DNA of 64,000 nt from an uncultured Chloroflexia bacterium (GTDB taxonomy: Bacteria > Chloroflexota > Limnocylindria > Limnocylindrales > CSP1-4): contig OY969796.1 of NCBI GenBank assembly GCA_963703155.1, positions 2,070,476-2,134,475 of the forward strand, in the 5' to 3' direction. Below the pieces are notes generated by a model that saw only the letters and a program-made list of their open reading frames with translations, was not told where the DNA came from and searched no databases. Shown here piece after piece: positions 51,881-61,862 of this stretch. The translations under genes were made by a program, and so were the position numbers. Each line of letters starts with the position of its first letter. Positions within the stretch are counted from its first letter, which is position 1.

Positions 51881-53263
51881 ATGGCCAGCGCCGCACCTCG
51901 ACGCACCAAGTTCATCCTGGACGAGGAGCGGATCCCGCGGTCCTGGTACAACATCGTGGCGGACCTGCCGGCCGGGGTCCAGATGTCGCCGCCGCTCCAC
52001 CCCGGGACGATGCAGCCGATCGGCCCCGCCGATCTCGCGCCGCTGTTCCCGATGGGGCTGATCCTCCAGGAGGTCTCCACCGAGCGGGACATCGAGATCC
52101 CGGACCCGGTCCGCGACGCCTACCAGCTCTACCGCCCGTCGCCGCTCTACCGCGCCCATCGTCTGGAGCGGGCGCTCGACACCCCCGCGCACATCTACTA
52201 CAAGTACGAGGGCGTCAGCCCGGCGGGCAGCCACAAGCCGAACACGGCGCTGCCGCAGGCGTTCTTCAACAAGCAGGAGGGCGTCAAGCGCCTCGCCACC
52301 GAGACCGGCGCCGGGCAGTGGGGGAGTGCCCTCGCCTTCGCGGGCGCCGTCTTCGGCCTCGAGGTCAAGGTCTACATGGTCCGCGCGAGCTACGACCAGA
52401 AGCCGTACCGCCGGATGCTCATGGAGACCTACGGCGCGTCCGTCGTGGCCAGCCCGAGCATGACCACCAACTACGGCCGACGCGTGCTGGCCGAGACGCC
52501 CGACTCGAACGGCTCGCTGGGCATCGCGATCAGCGAGGCCGTCGAGGACGCGGCGACGCGGGACGACACCAAGTACGCCCTCGGCTCGGTCCTCAACCAC
52601 GTGATGCTGCACCAGACCGTCATCGGCCTCGAGGCGCAGCAGCAGATGGAGATGGCCGGCGAGCGGCCGGACGTGATCATCGCCTGCGCCGGCGGCGGGT
52701 CCAACTTCGCGGGGCTCACCTTCCCGTTCGTGGGCGAGAACCTGCGCGGCGAGGCGAACTACCGCGTGATCGCGGCCGAGCCCGAGGCCGCGCCGTCGCT
52801 CACCCGCGGCGTGTACGCCTATGACTATGGCGACACCGGCAAGATGGCGCCGATCGTGAAGATGCACACCCTGGGCTCGGACTTCATGCCCGAGCCGATC
52901 CACGCGGGCGGCCTGCGCTATCACGGCATGTCGCCGCTGGTCTCGCTGCTCAAGGAGCACGACCTGATCGAGGCGCGAAGCGTCCACCAGGTGGCGTGCT
53001 TCGATGCCGGCGTCCAGTTCGCCCGGACCGAGGGCATCCTGCCGGCGCCCGAGAGCACCCACGCGATCAGGGTCGCGGTGGACGAGGCGCTCGAGGCCAA
53101 GGAGCGCGGCGAGTCGAAGGTCATCCTGTTCAACCTCTCGGGTCACGGCCATTTCGACCTGGTCAGCTACGAGCGGTACCTGCAGGGCGCCCTCGAGGAC
53201 TACGAGTACCCGGCCGCGCGCGTGGCCGAGTCCCTGGCGTCGCTGCCCAAGGTTCCCGCCTGA
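51881..53263 (+). CDS. trpB2: TrpB-like PLP enzyme (TrpB2)
   Basis: IPRSWYNI, GSHKPNTA, TETGAGQWG, GGGSNF, IHAGGLRYHG, PAPES, LSGHG. Confidence 0.95.
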   Translation: MASAAPRRTKFILDEERIPRSWYNIVADLPAGVQMSPPLHPGTMQPIGPADLAPLFPMGLILQEVSTERDIEIPDPVRDAYQLYRPSPLYRAHRLERALDTPAHIYYKYEGVSPAGSHKPNTALPQAFFNKQEGVKRLATETGAGQWGSALAFAGAVFGLEVKVYMVRASYDQKPYRRMLMETYGASVVASPSMTTNYGRRVLAETPDSNGSLGIAISEAVEDAATRDDTKYALGSVLNHVMLHQTVIGLEAQQQMEMAGERPDVIIACAGGGSNFAGLTFPFVGENLRGEANYRVIAAEPEAAPSLTRGVYAYDYGDTGKMAPIVKMHTLGSDFMPEPIHAGGLRYHGMSPLVSLLKEHDLIEARSVHQVACFDAGVQFARTEGILPAPESTHAIRVAVDEALEAKERGESKVILFNLSGHGHFDLVSYERYLQGALEDYEYPAARVAESLASLPKVPA

Positions 53264-53358
53264 CGCCCTGCGCTTCGCTCGCCGGCGGCGGGCTACTATG
53301 ACTCCCGCGGCGCACGTTTCCCGTGCGCCGCGGCTGCGTTAACGCATAGGATCGGCTC

Positions 53359-53607
53359 GTGCCCAAGCTCGCCTGTCACGCCTGCGGTCGCCAGATCTAC
53401 ACGGTCGCACCGCTCGAGTCGCTGTTCGCCGAGGAGCGTCGCTGCCCGCGCTGCGGCGCCTTCCTGTCCGCGGAGCGACGGCAGGTTGATCGCCGTGTGC
53501 GCGTGCGTCGGGTGAACCCGCCCGACGACCCCGGCCCGCCGCCCGAGACCGGCGAGCGTCGGCTGGGCGAGCGACGACAGGGGCCGCGCCGGTCCACGAC
53601 CGGCTGA
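53359..53607 (+). CDS. Small Zn-ribbon protein with Arg-rich ERR/DRR repeats (82 aa)
   Basis: CHAC...CPRC; own -10 TAGGAT 6 nt before GTG. Confidence 0.75.
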   Translation: MPKLACHACGRQIYTVAPLESLFAEERRCPRCGAFLSAERRQVDRRVRVRRVNPPDDPGPPPETGERRLGERRQGPRRSTTG

Positions 53608-53704
53608 GACGGCGCCCGAGACGGCGCCCGCGACGGCGCCCGAGACGGCCGAGCCGCGCCCGCGACGGCGCCCGAGACGGCGCCCGAGAGGCCGAGCCGC
53701 GCCC
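53606..53704. repeat. 12-bp tandem repeat G(A/C)GACGGCGCCC with two 19-20-bp variants
   Basis: About 7 units starting at the stop codon of the Zn-ribbon gene. Confidence 0.85.
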
Positions 53705-53911
53705 TCAGGGCGACCACGAGTCGGGCAAGACTCAAATTGCGACCCCGCGAGCGTGGCCCGGGCGACGGAGCCTGATCTCGGAGCTGCGGCTGTGCGGCGG
53801 TGGGCCGGATTCGAGTCGGACCCGACTCGAGGGAGCGGCCGAGGGACGCAGCGACAGCAATCTCGTTAGGCTGGGCATCGCCTGCGCTGGGCCGGGCGTG
53901 ATAATCGCCTC

Positions 53912-54904
53912 ATGCGTGTTGCCCTGCTTGGACTCGGCCTGATCGGCGGATCGGTGGCGCGTGCCCTGCGCGTGGCCGGGGATGACTGGTGGGTCGGCGC
54001 GTGGACGCCGTCCGGGAGGGGACCGCAGCAGGCGCTGGCAGCGGGCGCGATCAACGCCGCCTACGCGTCGGCGAGGGACCTGCTCGCCGAGGCGGACCTC
54101 GTCGTGCTGGCGGCGCCGCCCCTCGCCTGCGTCGGGCTGATCGGTCGTCTGGCGGGGTCCTGGCGCGACGCGATCCGGCCGGGCGCCACCGTCACGGATG
54201 TGGCGTCAACGAAGGCGGAGCTCGAACGTGTCGCCCGCGACGCGGGGCTCCCGTGGGTTGGCGGCCACCCCATGGCCGGTCGAGAGACGAGCGGCTTCGA
54301 AAGCTCGGACGCGACGCTCTTCCAAGACCGCCCCTGGGTCATCACGGCCGCGCAGGCCGGGGGAGACGCTTCGAGGGTCGAGGCGCTGGCGCTCGCGTGC
54401 GGCGCAAGGCCCGTGCTCATGGATGCCGGCCGACACGACCGCCTCGTCGCCTCGGTCAGTCACCTCCCGCTCCTCACCTCTGTGATGCTTGTCGAGGCGG
54501 TGACGGGCTTGCCGGGCGCCGAGGACCGCGACTGGGGCGCGGCAAGGGGCCTCGCCGCCGGAGGTTGGCGAGACACCACGCGCCTCGCCCGCGGCGACAC
54601 CGCGATGGGCGCGGAGATCTTCGCCACCAACGCGGACCGGCTGGCTGAGCGGCTGCGGGCGTACCGTGCACGGCTCGATGCGTGGCTCGAGCTGCTCGAG
54701 GCGCCCGGCGGCGCCGATCCGGCGGCGATCCGCGAGCGACTCGAGGCGGCCCGCGATCGGCTGGAGAGGTCGGGGGACGGCGCACCCGACGTGCCGAACC
54801 AGCCGGCGCGCGACCAGCCGAACGAGCCGAACCAGCCGGCGCGCGACCAGCCGAACGAGCCGAACCAGCCGGCGCGCGACCAGCCGAACGAGCCGGAGGC
54901 CTGA
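53912..54904 (+). CDS. tyrA: Prephenate/arogenate dehydrogenase
   Basis: GLGLIGGS, TDVASTK, GGHPMAG.E.SG, HD..VA.VSHLP, RDTTRLA. Confidence 0.9.
   Translation: MRVALLGLGLIGGSVARALRVAGDDWWVGAWTPSGRGPQQALAAGAINAAYASARDLLAEADLVVLAAPPLACVGLIGRLAGSWRDAIRPGATVTDVASTKAELERVARDAGLPWVGGHPMAGRETSGFESSDATLFQDRPWVITAAQAGGDASRVEALALACGARPVLMDAGRHDRLVASVSHLPLLTSVMLVEAVTGLPGAEDRDWGAARGLAAGGWRDTTRLARGDTAMGAEIFATNADRLAERLRAYRARLDAWLELLEAPGGADPAAIRERLEAARDRLERSGDGAPDVPNQPARDQPNEPNQPARDQPNEPNQPARDQPNEPEA
54793..54895 (+). repeat. Perfect 33-bp tandem repeat x3 in the tyrA tail (PNQPARDQPNE)
   Basis: GCCGAACCAGCCGGCGCGCGACCAGCCGAACGA at 54793, 54826 and 54859. Confidence 0.95.
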
Positions 54905-54908
54905 GCGC

Positions 54909-55499
54909 ATGGCGAACCCGGACGAACTGGTCCTAGTCGTCCCGCGCGATGCCCTCGTCCCCGGCGACGGCTGGACGGGCGTGCGGCGCATGGACCTGGC
55001 GGAGGCGCTCGCCGTGGTCGCCCGCGACGGTCGGTTCATGCGGCGGGGCGACGCCGAGGAGGACCCCACCCACAAGCAGGTGATCCCGTACCTCGTGCTC
55101 CGCGACGGCGAGCGCTGGTTCCTGATGCAACGAACGCGCGCCGGCGGCGACGCGAGACTCCACGACCTCGGCTCCATCGGCGTGGGCGGCCACCTCAACC
55201 CGGGCGACGGCGACGTGGCCGGCGGCCTGCGCCGCGAGTGGCACGAGGAGCTGGAGGCCGACTTCCTTCCCGAGTTCACCCCGGTCGGGCTGCTGAACGA
55301 CGACACGACGCCCGTCGGCACCGTCCACGTCGGCTTCGTCTACACCGCCGACGCGGCGGGCCGTCCGGTCGCCATCCGAGAGACGGACAAGCTGACTGGC
55401 GCCTTCGCCACGAGCGAGGAGGTCGCCGCGGTGGGCGATCACCTCGAGACGTGGAGCCGCCTCGCCTTCGACGCCCTGACCGAGCGGCCCGGGCGGTAG
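54909..55499 (+). CDS. NUDIX-family phosphoesterase (YmaB-like)
   Basis: R..AEEDP.HKQ.IPY, SIGVGGHLN, REW.EEL, ND....VG.VH.G. Confidence 0.82.
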   Translation: MANPDELVLVVPRDALVPGDGWTGVRRMDLAEALAVVARDGRFMRRGDAEEDPTHKQVIPYLVLRDGERWFLMQRTRAGGDARLHDLGSIGVGGHLNPGDGDVAGGLRREWHEELEADFLPEFTPVGLLNDDTTPVGTVHVGFVYTADAAGRPVAIRETDKLTGAFATSEEVAAVGDHLETWSRLAFDALTERPGR

Positions 55500-55554
55500 G
55501 GTCGGGCGGCCCGGGCGGACCCTTGGGCCGGGTGCCATACTCGGCGCAGGTCTG

Positions 55555-56970
55555 ATGAGGATTCACCTTTCGAGCTCCGGTCTCAAGGTCGCCCGCGCTG
55601 CAGTCGCGGCGGGTCTGCTCCTCATCGCCCTCGTGGCCCCCGCGCACGGCGCATCCGGTGACGTCGTCGTCCTCACCGCCGATGGCGTCGTCGACAACGT
55701 GATGGCGGGCTACCTCAAGGACGGCATCGCCTCGGCGGCCTCGGGCGGCGCCTCGGCCGTCGTGATCCAGCTCAACACGCCCGGCGGCTCGCTCGACTCC
55801 ATGACCGAGATCACGCAGGCGGAGCTCGACGCGACGATCCCGGTCATCGTCTGGGTGACGCCGGCGGGCGGCTGGGCGGCGAGCGCCGGGACGTTCATCG
55901 CCCTCGCCGGGAACCTGACCTACATGGCGCCGGGCAGCAGCATCGGGGCGGCATCCCCGGTGGACGCCAACGGCAACGACATCACCGGCACCGAGGGACA
56001 GAAGGTCAAGAGCTTCACGACCTCGATGATCAGCTCCATCGCCCAGACCCGAGGGCGCAACGTCGCGTGGGCGGCGTCGGCCGTGCAGAGTGCCGTGTCC
56101 GCCACCGCCACCGAGGCCGTGCAGGCGGGCGTCGTGGACGGGATCGCCGCGTCCCTGCCGGAGGTGCTCGCGGCCGCACAGGGTCGCCAGGTCACGACGA
56201 GGGCCGGGCTCGTGACGGTCGACGTGGCCGGGAAGCCCGTGATCGACGCACCGATGAACCCCGTCCTCACGCTCATGCAGCTCCTCGCCGACCCGAACAT
56301 CGCCTTCGTGCTGTTCATCGTCGGCCTCGCGGGGATCATCATCGAGTTCGTGCACCCGACGGTGATCGCGGGGATCCTCGGCGTGCTGAGCCTCATCCTC
56401 TCGTTCATCGGGTTCGGCAGCCTGCCGCTCAACGTGGCGGGCCTGCTGCTGATCGCCTTCGGCATGGCGCTGTTCCTGCTCGAGACGCAGATCACCAGCC
56501 ACGGCCTGCTGACACTGGGCGGGGTGGTGGCGCTCGTCCTCGGGGCTTCGGTGCTCTACAGCCCGGCGGGAGCGAGTCCCTTCGAGCCGGTGGTGGGGGT
56601 GGCATGGCCGGTGATCCTGACCGCTGCCGTCGCGACCGGCCTGTTCGGCATCGGGATCACGTTCGCTGCCATGCGGATCCGGCGGATGCCCGCGCCGCGA
56701 GAGGGCGTCGGCACCGCGCTTCCCGTCGGCACCGAAGGCGTTGTCCAGGCGCCACTCAAGCCGCTCGGGACCGCCTACCTCGGCGGCGAGACGTGGAGCG
56801 CCCGGAGTGTCGACGGAGGCGAGCTGGGCCGCGACACCAGGGTGCGCCTCGTCGCGATGGACCGCCTCGTCGCGGTGGTGGCGCCGGTGACCGCGGTCGC
56901 CACCCTGCAGCCCCAACCAACCACAGGCACGAGCCCGGCGACGGTCGTTCCGCCCGCCGGCCATCCGTAA
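55555..56970 (+). CDS. nfeD: NfeD family membrane-bound serine protease (long form)
   Basis: Signal peptide, NTPGG, AASAG, APGSSIGAASP ClpP-like domain, TM bundle, C-terminal GE.WSA OB fold. Confidence 0.9.
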   Translation: MRIHLSSSGLKVARAAVAAGLLLIALVAPAHGASGDVVVLTADGVVDNVMAGYLKDGIASAASGGASAVVIQLNTPGGSLDSMTEITQAELDATIPVIVWVTPAGGWAASAGTFIALAGNLTYMAPGSSIGAASPVDANGNDITGTEGQKVKSFTTSMISSIAQTRGRNVAWAASAVQSAVSATATEAVQAGVVDGIAASLPEVLAAAQGRQVTTRAGLVTVDVAGKPVIDAPMNPVLTLMQLLADPNIAFVLFIVGLAGIIIEFVHPTVIAGILGVLSLILSFIGFGSLPLNVAGLLLIAFGMALFLLETQITSHGLLTLGGVVALVLGASVLYSPAGASPFEPVVGVAWPVILTAAVATGLFGIGITFAAMRIRRMPAPREGVGTALPVGTEGVVQAPLKPLGTAYLGGETWSARSVDGGELGRDTRVRLVAMDRLVAVVAPVTAVATLQPQPTTGTSPATVVPPAGHP

Positions 56971-56988
56971 TCGCACAGGGAGGGATCA

Positions 56989-57894
56989 GTGGAAGGCCCG
57001 ATCGCGCTGGCCATCGTCACGCTCATCATCCTCGCGCTGCTCATGCTCGTGTACCTCTCGGTCAGGGTCGTGAACCAGTACGAGCGGCTGGTGATCAAGC
57101 GACTCGGCAGGATGAGCGAGGCCCTCGTCCGCGAGCCCGGCCTTCGGTTCCTCATCCCGTTCGTGGATCGGCCGGTGAAGGTCGACATGCGCGAGAACTT
57201 CATCGAGGTCCCGAGCCAGACGACGATCACCAAGGACAACGCCCCGATCAACGTCGACTTCCTGATCTACTGGCGCATCTCCGACCCGCTCAAGAGCGTC
57301 CGGGACGTCTTCTACTTCGCAGGCGCCCTCCAGGGCGTCGCCACCACCACCCTGCGCGCCGTCATCGGCGACATCAGCCTCGACGAGGTGCTCTCCAAGC
57401 GCGAGCAGATCAACGAGGTCCTGCGGACCAAGCTCGACGAGGTCACCGAGCGGTGGGGCGGCAAGGTCACGACCGTCGAGATCCGCGAGATCATCCCGCC
57501 GCGCGACGTCCAGGACGCGATGAACCGGCAGCTGTCCGCCGAGCGCACCCGGCGCGCCGTGATCACCGAGTCCGAGGGCGCCCGGCAGTCCGCGATCAAC
57601 GTGGCCGAGGGCCAGAAGCAGTCCGAGATCCTCAAGGCGGAGGGCGAGCGGCAGGCCGCCATCCTGCGCGCCGAGGGGTTCAGCCAGGCGCTCGAGCGGA
57701 TCTTCGCCGCGGCCCACCAGATCGACGAGAAGACCATGGCGCTCCAGTACCTCGAGGCGCTCAAGGCCCTCGGCGCCAGCCCGTCCACGAAGTTCCTCAT
57801 CCCGACGGAGTTCATGTCGCTCGCCCAGAAGATCGGCAGCTACGTGGACCGTGGGGTTGGTCCGGCCGCAGGCCAGGACTCCGCCGCCCAGTGA
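56989..57894 (+). CDS. SPFH/stomatin (band 7) protein
   Basis: VVNQYER, TKDN, TTLR.VIG, WG.KV..VEI, AER.RRA. Confidence 0.93.
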   Translation: MEGPIALAIVTLIILALLMLVYLSVRVVNQYERLVIKRLGRMSEALVREPGLRFLIPFVDRPVKVDMRENFIEVPSQTTITKDNAPINVDFLIYWRISDPLKSVRDVFYFAGALQGVATTTLRAVIGDISLDEVLSKREQINEVLRTKLDEVTERWGGKVTTVEIREIIPPRDVQDAMNRQLSAERTRRAVITESEGARQSAINVAEGQKQSEILKAEGERQAAILRAEGFSQALERIFAAAHQIDEKTMALQYLEALKALGASPSTKFLIPTEFMSLAQKIGSYVDRGVGPAAGQDSAAQ

Positions 57895-58871
57895 TCCGGC
57901 GCGTCCTCGTAGCGACGGCGGCCCTCGTGGCCGCCGTCTTCTCGATCGGGCCGGTCAGCGACCGTCTCGCCCGCCGCCTGATGGCCGCGCCGAGGCGCCT
58001 GCCGGAGGAGGCCGGGATGGCCATCCTCCTCGACCGGCTCGGGGGTGAGGTGGTTCGCCTGCGCTCGAGGGACGGCATTCGGCTGACCGGCCGCTGGCTC
58101 GCCGCCGAGCCCGACGGCGACGATTGGCTGGCCGACCCGCGCGAGGCGATCCTGCTGCTCCACGGCTACAGCGGCTCCGTGACACCGGACCTCGTGGAGC
58201 TCGGCCCGTTCCTGCGCCGGACCGCCGGCGTGCTGGGCCTCGACTTTCGCGGGCACGGCGGGTCCGATGACGCGCCGACGACCTTCGGGCTCGACGAGGT
58301 CGAGGATGTCGCTGGCGCCCTGGCCTGGCTGGGCGAGCGTGGCGTGCGCCGGGTGGCGCTCGTCGGCTCCTCGATGGGGGGCATCACCGCGATCGCCGCC
58401 ACCGCGGTGCTGGGAGACGGGCGTCTGCCGGCGGCCGACGTGGACCCTGACGCCCCAGTTGCAAGCGTGGTCGCCCCCCGACCGCGGATCGTGGCAATCA
58501 TCGCGGATTCGGTGTCGCCCGAGCTCGCGCTGGTCGTTGGGCGGCGCCTCGGCCTGCGCGGCGGGGTGCGGCTCGCCGACCATGCGTTCTCGCGGTTCCC
58601 GCGGATCGTCGGCGGCGACCCGCGATCAACACAGCCGATCGCCGTGGTCCCCATGCTCGAGGACGTGCCGCTCCTGCTGGTGCACGGTGACGCTGACCAG
58701 TTGATTCCGCGCAAGGCTGCGGCACGACTGGCGGCCGCGGCGCCGGAGAGTGCTCGCCACGTCGTCGTGGCGGGAGCCGGCCACGGCGAGCCACATGCCA
58801 AGGACCCACGGGCGTGGGAGGCGGCAGCGGCGGAGCTGCTGCGCGCTGCGTTCGCCGAGGCTCGAGACTAG
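57891..58871 (+). CDS. Alpha/beta hydrolase
   Basis: LLHGY, DFRGHG.S, GSSMGG nucleophile elbow, HGDAD, GAGH; GTGA overlap. Confidence 0.88.
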   Translation: MIRRVLVATAALVAAVFSIGPVSDRLARRLMAAPRRLPEEAGMAILLDRLGGEVVRLRSRDGIRLTGRWLAAEPDGDDWLADPREAILLLHGYSGSVTPDLVELGPFLRRTAGVLGLDFRGHGGSDDAPTTFGLDEVEDVAGALAWLGERGVRRVALVGSSMGGITAIAATAVLGDGRLPAADVDPDAPVASVVAPRPRIVAIIADSVSPELALVVGRRLGLRGGVRLADHAFSRFPRIVGGDPRSTQPIAVVPMLEDVPLLLVHGDADQLIPRKAAARLAAAAPESARHVVVAGAGHGEPHAKDPRAWEAAAAELLRAAFAEARD

Positions 58872-58958
58872 GCGGCGGCGCCGAGCGGGCGGGTCCGTAT
58901 ACTGCATCGGACGGGGGAGCCGAGGCGCCCCCCCGCAGCTCAAGGTGCAGGAGGTTCG

Positions 58959-60131
58959 ATGGCCGGGAAGGTGCTCGTCGTTGACGACGACGCGAGCGTC
59001 CAGCGACTCCTTCAGCAGACCCTGCGCGGCGAGGGCTATGAGGTCCTGATCGCCACCGAGGCCGCCGAGGCCCTGCGCCTGTGGCAACAGGAGGGGCCGG
59101 TCCTGGTCCTCCTCGACGTCACGCTCCCGGGCGTCGACGGCTATGACCTCGCCATGCGCATCCGTGGCGCCGAGCCGTCAGGCCGACACGTCCCGATCAT
59201 CATGCTGACCTCGGACCGCGACGTGTCGCAGAAGGTCAAGTCCCTGCGCTCGGGTGCTGACGACTACCTCGTCAAGCCGTTCCACCCGGCCGAGCTCCTC
59301 GCGCGGATCAAGGCGCTCCTCGCGCGGTTCGGGCCTGGCGACTCGCTCGTCGGCCGTCCGCCGATGGGCCGCATCCACGCCTACTACGGGGCGAAGGGCG
59401 GCGTGGGGACGACGACGATCGCGATCAACACCGCGATCGCGCTGCAGTCGCTCGACCGGCGGGTGGTGCTCGTCGACGGCAACCTCCAGTTCGGCGACCA
59501 TCGCGTGTTCATGGACCTCGCCAACGACCGCAAGAGCATCGTGGACGCGGTGAGCGCCCCCTCGATCGACGCAGACCTGCTGCGCGGCGTCATCCAGTCC
59601 CACGAATCGGGTGTCGACCTGCTGCTGGCGCCCCCCACGCCCGAGGCCGCGGACCTCGTCACCGCGGGCCACATGCACGAGATCCTGACGGTGCTCGCCA
59701 CGATGTACGACTACGTCATCGTGGACATCGACAAGCGCCTCGACGAGCTCAACCTGATGGTCCTCGACATCGCAGAGACGATCTTCGCGGTCATGACCGC
59801 TGACCTCTCGTGCCTCAAGAACGTGCGGCTGGTGCTGGGCACGATCGGGCACCTGGGCTACCAGTCAGGCAAGCTCAAGTTGGTGCTCAACCGCTCGAAC
59901 GCCTACACGGGCATCAACGTGAAGAGCGCGGAGGGCGCCCTGCGCCAGCCCATCGAGCACCAGATCGTGAACGAGTACCGCGGGGCGATCTCGGCGCTCA
60001 ACACGGGGGCGCCGTTCATGGCCGCAAAGGCCGATTCGGTGCTCGGGCGTTCAGTCCTCGACTTCGCCAAGGCGATCGACAAGGCGCCGGCACGCTCGGC
60101 GCCGCAGCTGGCGCCGGGCCAGGCTCGCTAG
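58959..60131 (+). CDS. Response regulator + MinD/ParA (CpaE/TadZ-like) fusion
   Basis: VDDD, LLD, MLT, YLVKPF canonical receiver; KGGVGTTT, VDGNLQFGD, LVLNR. Confidence 0.9.
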   Translation: MAGKVLVVDDDASVQRLLQQTLRGEGYEVLIATEAAEALRLWQQEGPVLVLLDVTLPGVDGYDLAMRIRGAEPSGRHVPIIMLTSDRDVSQKVKSLRSGADDYLVKPFHPAELLARIKALLARFGPGDSLVGRPPMGRIHAYYGAKGGVGTTTIAINTAIALQSLDRRVVLVDGNLQFGDHRVFMDLANDRKSIVDAVSAPSIDADLLRGVIQSHESGVDLLLAPPTPEAADLVTAGHMHEILTVLATMYDYVIVDIDKRLDELNLMVLDIAETIFAVMTADLSCLKNVRLVLGTIGHLGYQSGKLKLVLNRSNAYTGINVKSAEGALRQPIEHQIVNEYRGAISALNTGAPFMAAKADSVLGRSVLDFAKAIDKAPARSAPQLAPGQAR

Positions 60132-60290
60132 GCCTGCTTCCGGCTCCTCGCGGGGCGCCGCCCGCGGGAGGGCCAGTCGCGAGTCGGCCCACGTCCGCGG
60201 GGGCGTCGACGCTTCCCGGCCCACGTCATGCGAGTCGGCGCGAAGGCGCGCATAAGCCCGCGGTGAGCGCGGCCGCCTACCGTGCCGCTC

Positions 60291-61862
60291 GTGCTCGCAA
60301 CGCTGCTCTCCGCCACCCTCCACGGCCTCGCCGGACGCGTCGTCCGGGTCGAGGTCGACGTGGCGCCCGGGCTCCCCGGGTTCACGATCGTCGGATTGCC
60401 CGACGCCGCGCTCTCCGAGGCGCGCGAGCGAGTGCGCGGGGCGCTCCGCAACGCCGGGTACCGGCACCCGCCACGACGGATCACGGTGAACCTGGCGCCC
60501 GCCGAGCTGCGCAAGGCCGGGGCTTCGCTCGACCTCGCGATCGCGATGGGCGTCCTCCTCGGGTCCGAGCAGGTGTCCGTGGACATCGCGGGCGTTGGAC
60601 TGGTGGGGGAGCTGGGCCTGGGTGGCGAGGTGCGCCGCGTTCCGGGGCTGCTCCCGATGACCCTCGCCTTGCGCGACCGGGGGGTGCGGCGCGTGCTCGT
60701 CCCGGACGAGGCGCTGGCCGAGGCGAGACTGGCGCCCGGACTCGAGGTGATCGGCGTCGGGTCGCTGGGGGAGGCAGCCGCGTGTCTCCGTCGGCCCCGC
60801 GCCCGGCGACGGACGCCCGAGCCACTGCCCCGCGCCGGGGTTGGCCCGGGGGCATCGCCGGCCAGCGCGGGTGCGGGCGCCCCCGACGCCCTCGATCGCA
60901 TTCCGGACCTGGCCGAGGTCCGCGGGCAGGTCGCGGCCCGCCGGGGACTGGAGATCGCCCTCGCGGGGGGCCACGCGCTCCTCCTCATCGGGCCCCCCGG
61001 AGCCGGCAAGACGCTCCTCGCGCGCACGATCCCGTCGCTGCTCCCGGATCTCGACGACGGGGCGGCGCTCGCAGCGACCGTGGTGGCCTCGGTTGCCTCC
61101 GAGGCGCCGGTCACCGAGCTCCAGCGGCGGCCCCCGGTGCGGATGCCCCACCACACGGTGAGCTACGCGGGGATGGTCGGCGGCGGGCCGCGGCTCACGC
61201 CCGGCGAGGTGACGCTCGCCGACCAGGGGTGCTTAGTGTGCGATGAGCTGCCCGAGTTCGGGCGTGACGTGCTCGAGGCCCTGCGCCAGCCGCTGGAGGA
61301 GGGGAGCGTCGCCGTGGTCCGCGTGGGTCGGTGGGCGACGTTCCCGGCGCGCTTCACGTTCGTGGCCGCGATGAACCCCTGCCCCTGCGGCCGCCTCGGG
61401 TCTGCCGCCTCGACGTGCAGCTGCCCGGCGGGGGCGCCCCAGCGGTACCTCCGCCGCGTCTCGGGGCCGCTGCGAGACCGGATCGACCTGTGGGCGGCGA
61501 TGGACCGCGTGCCGCCCGAGATCCTGCTCCGCGGACCCGCCCCCGAGTCCTCGGCAGCAGTCGCCGAAAGGATCGCCGCGGCGAGGGGCCGCCAGCTGCG
61601 CCGCAACGAGGGCGTGCCGAACGGACGGCTGGGCGGGCGCGCGCTGCGTGACGCGTGCGGGCTGGCCGCCCCGGCGGTCGCGCGCGCCGTGCTGCTGTCC
61701 GAGCGCGAGGGGCTCTCCGGGCGTGGCACCGACCGGCTGCTGCGCGTGGCGCGCACGATCGCGGACCTGGCGGAGCGCCCTGCGGTGATCGCCCAGGACC
61801 TCGACGAGGCCGCCCGATTCCGGATCCCGGCCGACAGGTTCGCGCTGGGGCTGGCGGGCTGA
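60291..61862 (+). CDS. comM: YifB/ComM Mg-chelatase-like AAA ATPase
   Basis: VEVDV.PGLPGF.IVGLPD, ITVNLAPA, GPPGAGKT, PHH, DELPEF, AMNPCPCG, SGPL.DRID. Confidence 0.95.
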   Translation: MLATLLSATLHGLAGRVVRVEVDVAPGLPGFTIVGLPDAALSEARERVRGALRNAGYRHPPRRITVNLAPAELRKAGASLDLAIAMGVLLGSEQVSVDIAGVGLVGELGLGGEVRRVPGLLPMTLALRDRGVRRVLVPDEALAEARLAPGLEVIGVGSLGEAAACLRRPRARRRTPEPLPRAGVGPGASPASAGAGAPDALDRIPDLAEVRGQVAARRGLEIALAGGHALLLIGPPGAGKTLLARTIPSLLPDLDDGAALAATVVASVASEAPVTELQRRPPVRMPHHTVSYAGMVGGGPRLTPGEVTLADQGCLVCDELPEFGRDVLEALRQPLEEGSVAVVRVGRWATFPARFTFVAAMNPCPCGRLGSAASTCSCPAGAPQRYLRRVSGPLRDRIDLWAAMDRVPPEILLRGPAPESSAAVAERIAAARGRQLRRNEGVPNGRLGGRALRDACGLAAPAVARAVLLSEREGLSGRGTDRLLRVARTIADLAERPAVIAQDLDEAARFRIPADRFALGLAG

